IMG/VR virus record: IMGVR_UViG_3300047281_000124
Reading direction: 5' to 3' (one strand)
Source: a virus
Lineage: Duplodnaviria; Heunggongvirae; Uroviricota; Caudoviricetes
DNA length: 32,871 nt
The translations under genes and the position numbers were made by a program. Of the stretch, positions 18,751-24,793 are shown piece by piece (position 1 is the stretch's first letter; each line of letters opens with the position of its first letter). The notes under the pieces are model-generated. The model saw only the letters and a program-made list of their open reading frames with translations. It did no database searches and was not told the origin of the DNA.

Positions 18751-18840
18751 TATAATTGTTCTGTGGGCCTAAATTCCCGTGCTATCATAATGATAGCACT
18801 TGGGGCGCCGATTATACCACATATAATCGGGCCGTGTCAA
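18751..18840. repeat. Regulatory cassette copy 1 (rightward -10, CTGTGGGCCTA, 17-bp palindrome, hairpin over a leftward promoter)
   Basis: GCTATC-ATAAT-GATAGC at 18781; CCGATTATA-CCACA-TATAATCGG at 18808-18830; minus-strand TTGACA-18-TATAAT. Confidence 0.85.
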
Positions 18841-18931
18841 CTATTTCGCGATTGATTTTAACTATTAGGTCAATAGTTTTTTACAATGAGGAAACATGGG
18901 AAACTTGGGACAATTGGATTATAATAAACAC

Positions 18932-19051
18932 ATGAACAAATACACCACTAAACAAAAAGCCCTTTTCGCTGCCTTTTGTGCGCGACATGAAATAACCTTC
19001 AACACTATGGGGGAATACTATTCGGCACTTGACCAATACTTTATTGACTGA
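18932..19051 (+). CDS. Small hypothetical protein (39 aa), probably leaderless
   Basis: Hand translation MNKYTTKQKALFAAFCARHEITFNTMGEYYSALDQYFID; TATAAT-AAACAC-ATG identical to the start context at 17978. Confidence 0.55.
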   Translation: MNKYTTKQKALFAAFCARHEITFNTMGEYYSALDQYFID

Positions 19052-19161
19052 TATAATAAAGGCTTAGAAAATGATTCTCACGCTGTCCTGATTAGCGTAT
19101 ATTTATCAGGCGTTATCCGGTAACGACAAACCGATTTAACTTTTTTATAGGAAACTTTATA

Positions 19162-19482
19162 ATGACTACTACCGCTAAAACCGTAAACTACACCGTTGAC
19201 CAAACTGCATTCATGATTGCAGACTATCAGGCAGGCGTGACCACTGAAGCAATTGCTTTGCATCTTGGCAAATCGGTGCGATCTGTTGTTGCGAAACTCT
19301 CGCGCGAAAAGGTATATATTGCCAAAACCTATACCACAAAAACAGGCGAAAAGGTTGCCAAAAAAGATTCGCTCTCAGATGAAATCGGCGCTTTGCTTGG
19401 TGCAACGGAAGCTGAAATGGAATCACTGACTAAATGCAATAAAACGATTTTGGTGAAAATGTTGGCTGCCCTGAAAGCCTAA
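19162..19482 (+). CDS. T5 A2-like DNA-binding protein, paralogue 1
   Basis: HTH-like IALHLGKSVRSVVAKLSREKVY and C-terminal ESLTKCNKTIL; recalled T5 A2/D3 pattern SVRSKL...AKAY...SLESAK; pre-early-type position. Confidence 0.65.
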   Translation: MTTTAKTVNYTVDQTAFMIADYQAGVTTEAIALHLGKSVRSVVAKLSREKVYIAKTYTTKTGEKVAKKDSLSDEIGALLGATEAEMESLTKCNKTILVKMLAALKA

Positions 19483-19485
19483 AAG

Positions 19486-19506
19486 AAAAGCCCTTCGGGG
19501 CTTTTT
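19486..19506 (+). terminator. Intrinsic terminator
   Basis: AAAAGCCC-TTCG-GGGCTTTTT. Confidence 0.85.
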
Positions 19507-19540
19507 CTTCGCCTACTTATATAAGCCGTGGCTTATATGT

Positions 19541-19578
19541 GGCGCCAAATTATACCACATAATTTGGGGCGGTGTCAA
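19541..19578. repeat. Regulatory cassette copy 2 (hairpin over a leftward promoter)
   Basis: GGCG-CCAAATTAT-ACCAC-ATAATTTGG...TGTCAA; minus-strand TTGACA-18-TATAAT. Confidence 0.85.
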
Positions 19579-19659
19579 GGGTTTCGTGATTGTATTTAGC
19601 TATCGGGTCAATAGTTTTTTACAATGGGGAATCTTAGGGAATCGGGGTATAATTAACGC

Positions 19660-20010
19660 ATGGACATTAAAACACTTGATAATTTTGTTGATACGATGTG
19701 GGGCGAGTTTGCCGAAATTTATCCGGCCTTGGTGCGTTTCAATCCGCCTACTATCATTTTGAATAATCGGTTTACCCGTACCGCTGGACAATGCCATCAA
19801 ACCGACAATTATATTCAATTGGCTAATAAATTCTTTATTAGGAATGAGGCTGCTATGCTATCGGTTATTTTACCGCATGAGTTGGCTCATCAGGTTGATT
19901 ATAATTTATTTGGTGATTCTGAGAAAAAATGTGGGCATGGCGTAAATTGGGAAAAAATCATGTTACAATATGGTTTACCCGCTAATAAATATCACTCACT
20001 GGAAATATAA
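19660..20010 (+). CDS. SprT-like zinc metalloprotease domain protein
   Basis: NNRFTRTAG, HELAH and GHGVNW motifs. Confidence 0.85.
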   Translation: MDIKTLDNFVDTMWGEFAEIYPALVRFNPPTIILNNRFTRTAGQCHQTDNYIQLANKFFIRNEAAMLSVILPHELAHQVDYNLFGDSEKKCGHGVNWEKIMLQYGLPANKYHSLEI

Positions 20011-20223
20011 ATGATTAAAATGATTTCATGGTTCGGCACAATGGTTTCAATCATTGGCGCTTTTTGTGTGGCTTCGCAGGTTTTACTTGCTGGCTATATT
20101 CTTTTTAGCCTTGGCAGTATTTCATGGCTAATTGTGGGTATCGTCAAAAAAGATAGCGCGCTATATATTTTGAACGGTACATTCTTTATGGCTAATTTAT
20201 TGGGATTGTATAACGCATTTTAG
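20011..20223 (+). CDS. Small membrane protein (about 3 hydrophobic helices)
   Basis: 70 aa, almost entirely hydrophobic; abuts the SprT stop. Confidence 0.75.
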   Translation: MIKMISWFGTMVSIIGAFCVASQVLLAGYILFSLGSISWLIVGIVKKDSALYILNGTFFMANLLGLYNAF

Positions 20224-20224
20224 G

Positions 20225-20245
20225 AAAGGGCGCAAGCCCTTTTTT
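20225..20245 (+). terminator. Intrinsic terminator
   Basis: AAAGGGC-GCAA-GCCCTTTTTT. Confidence 0.85.
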
Positions 20246-20255
20246 ATTTATTCGC

Positions 20256-20465
20256 CTGCTATCATTTTGATAGCTTTGGGGCGCCAAATTTTACCACAAA
20301 ATTTGGGGGCGTGTCAAGCGTTTATTGAAAATAAACGTAAAATAAATTTATTTATTTTAGTTGACACGGGCGCGAAAAGCGTGATATAATGGTGCTGTGG
20401 GCCTATTACTAATGGCTATCATTTTGATAGCATGGCGGCTTACCACACTTTGCCGTAATTGTCAA
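20256..20465. repeat. Regulatory cassette copy 3 (palindrome, leftward promoter, AT tract, rightward promoter, palindrome)
   Basis: GCTATCATTTTGATAGC at 20258 and 20415; CCAAATTTT-ACCAC-AAAATTTGG at 20284-20306; TTGACA-18-TAAAAT on minus and TTGACA-18-TATAAT on plus. Confidence 0.85.
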
Positions 20466-20533
20466 GACATTTAATAATAACCTATTTTTTGTAGGGTTAA
20501 AATAATTGGGCTTTCCCGTTATATAATCATTAC

Positions 20534-21016
20534 ATGGAAAACACACAAAACCCCCAAAAAAAGCGTCTCGCAATCTATGACATGGACGGCACAATTGTGT
20601 GCAGCTTGCACCGCTATCGGACAATTGACGACAAAATTGATTTACAATTTTGGCGTGAAAATGAAAAATTCGCAATGGCTGATTCCCTACTGCCTTTGGC
20701 TGAACAATATCAGGCTGATTTGAAAGACCCTTCATGCTATGTGGTTATTGCCACTGCTCGGGTTTTGCACAATGCAGACGACCAATTTATTAATGAAATT
20801 TTGGGAAAGCCAAACGCTATTATCTCACGCAAGGACGGGGATTCTCGCTCAGGCGGTTTGCTTAAAATTTTGGGGTTGAAACAACTTTTTAACCTTAAAC
20901 AGTTTAGGGGCATTAAAGACATTGTTTTTTATGAGGATAATACGTCTTACTTAAAAGCGGTTTGCGATTATTTCAATATTCGCGGTGTATACATTCCAAG
21001 CAAGCAAGGCCATTAA
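20534..21016 (+). CDS. dmp: HAD-family deoxynucleoside-5'-monophosphatase (T5 Dmp-like)
   Basis: DMDGTIVCSLHR, DSLLPL, IATARVL and FYEDN correspond to my recollection of T5 Dmp (DLDGTIINSFHR, DTLLPL, ICTARLM, MIDDH). Confidence 0.75.
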   Translation: MENTQNPQKKRLAIYDMDGTIVCSLHRYRTIDDKIDLQFWRENEKFAMADSLLPLAEQYQADLKDPSCYVVIATARVLHNADDQFINEILGKPNAIISRKDGDSRSGGLLKILGLKQLFNLKQFRGIKDIVFYEDNTSYLKAVCDYFNIRGVYIPSKQGH

Positions 21017-21017
21017 A

Positions 21018-21167
21018 ATGCGAAACTTTTTTTATTATATTCAATATATACTCTTACCACCGATGGCGTTTGTGGCTTTTTTAATCGGACTAAAAAACGC
21101 CGTAAAATTTGTTTATTCTGATACACGCGAAGCCATAAAAGAACATAAAAGATACTATAAAAAATAA
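21018..21167 (+). CDS. Small membrane-anchored protein (49 aa)
   Basis: MRNFFYYIQYILLPPMAFVAFLIGL plus a basic tail; starts 1 nt after the dmp stop. Confidence 0.55.
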   Translation: MRNFFYYIQYILLPPMAFVAFLIGLKNAVKFVYSDTREAIKEHKRYYKK

Positions 21168-21272
21168 ATTTGGAAAATCGGAAAAATTCCGGTTTTCTGG
21201 TGTATAATAATTACATTGGGGCGATATGCTCTAATCCGCGAAGTCCGACGGTTTCGGTTCTAAAGGTTCAAA

Positions 21273-21971
21273 ATGGCTAAAAAACAATTCTTCGCAATTC
21301 TCGATACTGAAACCACAATGGCTGATACAGTCGCTGATTTTGCTATCATTATTGTTGACCGTGAAGGCAAAATTTACAATCAATGCTCTGTTTTGGTTTC
21401 GGGTCACTATGGCACTCACGAATTGTTTCATGATAAAGCTGCAAACGATATTTGGGGTTATTCGGGTTTGGAAAAGCGCAAAGCTAATTATTCTAATATG
21501 TTGGAATCAGGCACTCGAATGGTTGCTTCAGTTGCTGCAATTAATAAATGGATTAATCAAGCCATTGGAAAATATAATCCCGTATTAACTGCCTACAATC
21601 TCGCATTTGATAAAAGTAAATGTTTAAATACTAATATTGATTTGTCGGGTTTTAATGATTCTTTTTGCTTATGGCAGGCTGCAATTGGTAATATCTGCAA
21701 TAAAAAAGATTATCGCAATTTTGCTTTGCAAAATCATGCGTTTAATAAAACAACTGTTCACGGTAATATGACTTTCCAAACTAATGCCGAGATTGTATGC
21801 GGGTTTATTAATGGCGAATTTATTAAAGAGCCACATACTGCACTTGAGGATGCGCGTGATTTTGAACTGCCTATTCTGAAAGCCATTATTAATAAACGCA
21901 ATTGGAAAGATAATATCAAGCCTTATAACTGGCGCGATTTTCAAACTAAAGATTGGTTTACTGCAAAATAA
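21273..21971 (+). CDS. DEDDh (DnaQ-like) 3'-5' exonuclease
   Basis: ExoI LDTETT, ExoII AYNLAFD, ExoIII HTALEDA. Confidence 0.88.
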   Translation: MAKKQFFAILDTETTMADTVADFAIIIVDREGKIYNQCSVLVSGHYGTHELFHDKAANDIWGYSGLEKRKANYSNMLESGTRMVASVAAINKWINQAIGKYNPVLTAYNLAFDKSKCLNTNIDLSGFNDSFCLWQAAIGNICNKKDYRNFALQNHAFNKTTVHGNMTFQTNAEIVCGFINGEFIKEPHTALEDARDFELPILKAIINKRNWKDNIKPYNWRDFQTKDWFTAK

Positions 21972-21973
21972 TA

Positions 21974-21995
21974 AATAACCCCTTCGGGGGTTATT
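21974..21995 (+). terminator. Intrinsic terminator
   Basis: AATAACCCC-TTCG-GGGGTTATT. Confidence 0.75.
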
Positions 21996-22004
21996 AATAA
22001 TAAT

Positions 22005-22121
22005 ATGAAAATATTATCTATTATATTATTACTATTCTTTTTAATCACGCATAAAAGAACAGATAAAATGCCGGATATTATTATCCCCGATTATGTCGAA
22101 ACTATTGATGAGATAATATAA
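22005..22121 (+). CDS. Possible small membrane peptide (38 aa)
   Basis: MKILSIILLLFFLITHKR...; lies between two terminators with no SD. Confidence 0.3.
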   Translation: MKILSIILLLFFLITHKRTDKMPDIIIPDYVETIDEII

Positions 22122-22125
22122 TATT

Positions 22126-22156
22126 AACCCGCTATCTATTTGATAGCGGGTTTTTT
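22126..22156 (+). terminator. Intrinsic terminator containing a palindrome variant
   Basis: AACCCGCTATC-TATTT-GATAGCGGGTTTTTT. Confidence 0.8.
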
Positions 22157-22165
22157 CGCATCCGA

Positions 22166-22339
22166 CTGCTATCATTTTGATAGCGCGGGCGCCAAAATTA
22201 TACCACATAATTTTGGGCCGTGTCAAGCGTTTATTGAAAATAAATGCAAAATAAATTTATTTATTTTGTTGACACTGCCCCGAAAATCGTGTTAAAATCG
22301 TTCTGTGGGCCTAAATTTTCCTGCTATCATTTTTATAGC
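22166..22339. repeat. Regulatory cassette copy 4 (near-duplicate of copy 3)
   Basis: Palindrome at 22168; CCAAAATTAT-ACCAC-ATAATTTTGG at 22192-22216; same AT tract; TTGACA-18-TAAAAT; CTGTGGGCCTA; palindrome variant at 22323. Confidence 0.85.
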
Positions 22340-22488
22340 GCGGCTCCTGGACGAATGCGTGACGAAAATAAATAAAATTCTCTTGTTTTGGGGCGGGTTC
22401 TGATGTATAATCTTTACATGGGATGAAAGAGGCCTAAGGCAGTAAAGGGAAACTGTTAAAAATCCCTGATTCTCCGATTGGAAACAAA

Positions 22489-22821
22489 ATGACTGCTACC
22501 GTAAAAGCCACCAACTACACTGTTGAACAAACTGCTAAAATGACTGCCGATTATCTGGCAGGCGTGACCACCGAGCAAATCGCTCTTGAGTTGGGCAAAT
22601 CGCTTCGCTCTGTTGTTGCAAAATTGTCTCGCGAAAAAGTTTACGTTGCAAAAACGTATACCACAAAAACCGGCGAAAAAGCCGTCAAAAAAGACGAAAC
22701 CGCTGATGCCATTGGCGCGGTTTTGCTAATGACCGAGGCTGAAATTGAAAGCCTTACAAAAGCTAATAAAACAGCTTTGCAAAAAATCTTCGCAGCTCTG
22801 GCAAATTCCGTGCCAGCCTGA
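22489..22821 (+). CDS. T5 A2-like DNA-binding protein, paralogue 2
   Basis: 77 of 106 aligned residues identical to 19162-19482 by hand count. Confidence 0.65.
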   Translation: MTATVKATNYTVEQTAKMTADYLAGVTTEQIALELGKSLRSVVAKLSREKVYVAKTYTTKTGEKAVKKDETADAIGAVLLMTEAEIESLTKANKTALQKIFAALANSVPA

Positions 22822-22848
22822 CCCTAAGTTGGGGCGAAAGCCCCACTT

Positions 22849-22879
22849 AAGCCGCTATGAAATTCATAGCGGCTTTTTT
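22849..22879 (+). terminator. Intrinsic terminator
   Basis: AAGCCGCTATG-AAATT-CATAGCGGCTTTTTT. Confidence 0.85.
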
Positions 22880-22888
22880 GCGTTTTGC

Positions 22889-22952
22889 GTGCTATCATTT
22901 TGATAGCACTGCTGGCGCCAAAATTATACCACATAATTTTGGGCCGTGTCAA
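22889..22952. repeat. Regulatory cassette copy 5
   Basis: GTGCTATCATTTTGATAGCAC, then CCAAAATTAT-ACCAC-ATAATTTTGG and TGTCAA. Confidence 0.85.
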
Positions 22953-23214
22953 GTTATTTATAACTTATTTTTTGTAGGGTTGTTTTGACGCAACAGTCGC
23001 AATTTGGGCGCGCCGGCTATTTTGTGACTGTTGGGTCACTTTCTGCACTTTAGGGTCAGAATTTGAACTTTCCGGTTTTTGAACTGCTATCATTTTGGGA
23101 GCAACCACCTGCAAAAAGCACCCCTAAAAGGGGCGCCAGTGCTAATCCTAAATTTTTCAAGTGCAAAATATGCCGCGCGCATATGCGCCTAGTGCCGCGT
23201 CTAAATTTTTATAT

Positions 23215-23243
23215 TTGAAAAGTTTTTTGATTTATTGTATAAT
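23215..23243 (+). promoter_or_regulatory. Sigma70-type promoter for the small ORF at 23264
   Basis: TTGAAA-17 bp-TATAAT. Confidence 0.7.
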
Positions 23244-23263
23244 TATTACTTAGAACGGGAGAT

Positions 23264-23380
23264 ATGATGGATATGTTTGAAATGGCTTTTTTCTATGGCG
23301 ATTACTCATCGCTACCAACGTCTGATGAACTATTTGAAAATATCGGTGGTACCAACGTACCTCTCGAAATTGTTGATTAA
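23264..23380 (+). CDS. Small acidic peptide (38 aa)
   Basis: Hand translation MMDMFEMAFFYGDYSSLPTSDELFENIGGTNVPLEIVD; GGGAGA RBS and its own promoter. Confidence 0.55.
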   Translation: MMDMFEMAFFYGDYSSLPTSDELFENIGGTNVPLEIVD

Positions 23381-23397
23381 GGAATAAAAATTTACAT

Positions 23398-23426
23398 TTG
23401 CACTAAGAGTTCCCAAGTGTTATAAT
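23398..23426 (+). promoter_or_regulatory. Promoter driving an ORF-free structured transcript
   Basis: TTGCAC-17 bp-TATAAT with an extended TG. Confidence 0.7.
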
Positions 23427-23444
23427 TATTGTAAGAAACGGGTA

Positions 23445-23557
23445 ATCTTCTGATGAGGTCTGACCCTAAACTGTAGCCGTTATCGCAATCGCCCAGAGCA
23501 TAACAATAGTGCGTATCATACAGTTTTAAACAAGACCGAAACTCTAGGCGTCGGGAT
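23445..23557 (+). ncRNA. Candidate type I hammerhead ribozyme with an extended stem II
   Basis: ATCTT-CTGATGA-GGTCT...AGACC-GAAAC-TCTAGGC-GTC-GGGAT; stem II continues with AAACTGTA/TACAGTTT; stems I and III are weak. Confidence 0.45.
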
Positions 23558-23941
23558 GGTTTCGCTGATTACTCAAACTAATCACAACCATTGCAGCTTA
23601 GGGTCAAGATAGGGAGTATAAAGGTAACCCTTACGGGAGCCGGAAAGCTGCTATCTAGTCAGCACTTTCAATGGATACATTGATCTTAATACGTAGTAAA
23701 GGCCTGCGTTGTTAGCGAACTAAAACTAGAGAAAGAACTTTGAAATACAGCTATAGTATAATTATCAGTACCCGAGACTTGATCTCGGAGTGTGGGAGAG
23801 TTACCCACTAGCGCATCCGTCATAAATCTAGGTAGTGTTGACGTATCTACTAGCGGTGGGGCTTAGCTTTAATTCGCCCTCGTGTCGCAATCTCACGTTA
23901 ATAAGATTAAAAATTGAGGAGTCGCTATCCAACGTTCAAAT

Positions 23942-23975
23942 ACCCGCTTAGTTCATGACTGTGCGGGTTTTGTTT
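23942..23975 (+). terminator. Probable terminator ending the structured transcript
   Basis: ACCCGC/GCGGGT stem with inner AGT/ACT pairs, then TTTTGTTT. Confidence 0.55.
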
Positions 23976-24058
23976 GGTCTGTACCCGTCACCTCCAAGTT
24001 TTTAAGTGCGCCTAGTGCTGCGCCAGTGTTAAACCTAAATTTTTTGACGTGCTGCGCC

Positions 24059-24087
24059 ATTATAAGTGTTACAACGAAGTTTGTCAA
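24059..24087 (-). promoter_or_regulatory. Leftward consensus promoter with no downstream ORF
   Basis: TTGACA-17 bp-TATAAT on the minus strand. Confidence 0.7.
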
Positions 24088-24210
24088 GTGTATTTTTACT
24101 GTCTGACCCTAAGTTAACGCAATCTAGAGCATTTGACCCTAAACTACAACAATTTGATGCGATTTGGGCACTTTGGCGACTTATTGCAGCTTAGGGTCAG
24201 ATAGACGAAG

Positions 24211-24242
24211 AAAAGCCTACTTAATATGACTTAAGTAGGCTT
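24211..24242 (-). terminator. Terminator of the first early operon
   Basis: 12-bp perfect stem AAGCCTACTTAA/TTAAGTAGGCTT with a T tract on the minus strand. Confidence 0.75.
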
Positions 24243-24385
24243 ATTTTGAGTTGTAGCTGCAGTTTAGGGTCTGGCACCGTAGTTAAGAGGCAAAAAACGC
24301 ACTTGCTTAAATTGCGGTGGTACACGTCCAGAAATTTTTATGGAACAGAATTTTTGGTACGTGGCACCGTAGTCGTTTTTCTAGT

Positions 24386-24787
24386 CTAATATTTCAGCAA
24401 AGGATCAGTAAAGTAATTAGTGGATACGGTATTTAATCCTGCTAATTGTTGTGCGCGCTCTTGTACTGGATCTACCGTCAACCTCTTCTCAATAAGTGCA
24501 AGAACGGATTTATTGACCTTTTCCAAGCTTTCGAGGATTTCTGCATTCACGTCTAAGAGCTTAGCGATGCGTTCGATGTATTCTTCCTTTTTAATAGGTA
24601 CTTCACCGCGTTTAGTCAAGTATTCCTTCTTACGGTACACACCTAGTGAGCTAAGCTTCGCTATAATTGAACGATCCGGTACTGGTTCGCCGTGGCTTAG
24701 GGTCATCATTGCAGAGATTTCTGCTACTGTTTTACCTGACTCGTAGTCAGCAATTAGTTTTTGGGTTATTTCTTTATCGTATTTCAT
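24386..24787 (-). CDS. A2/D3-like DNA-binding protein, diverged third paralogue
   Basis: LIADYESG, RSIIAKLSSLGVY..K.Y.TK.GE..IKKE and ESLEKVNKSVL align with both A2-like ORFs. Confidence 0.65.
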   Translation of the reverse strand: MKYDKEITQKLIADYESGKTVAEISAMMTLSHGEPVPDRSIIAKLSSLGVYRKKEYLTKRGEVPIKKEEYIERIAKLLDVNAEILESLEKVNKSVLALIEKRLTVDPVQERAQQLAGLNTVSTNYFTDPLLKY

Positions 24788-24793
24788 TAGATA

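Noticed and set aside
18811-22932. TTATACCACA in the cassettes resembles a DnaA box
   Set aside because: The best 9-mer alignments to TTATNCACA have 3 mismatches; the sequence is better explained as the reverse extended -10 TGTGGTATAAT
17719-22952. Repeats considered as a possible CRISPR array
   Set aside because: The 50-bp pair has only two units with an 11-bp gap; the cassettes are separated by whole genes; no cas genes are present
23322-23345. Second CTGATGA...GAAA string
   Set aside because: Only 7 unpairable nt lie between the motifs, there is no stem II, and it falls in frame within the 38-aa ORF
17861-23680. Possible GATC avoidance in the pre-early region
   Set aside because: At least one GATC is present (about 19280) and I could not quantify depletion reliably by eye
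23586-23975. Checked for tRNA, tmRNA, RNase P, group I intron and HDV-like signatures
   Set aside because: No T-loop/CCA end, no GGAAAGUC, no P7 pairing, and no consistent nested double pseudoknot could be built by eye
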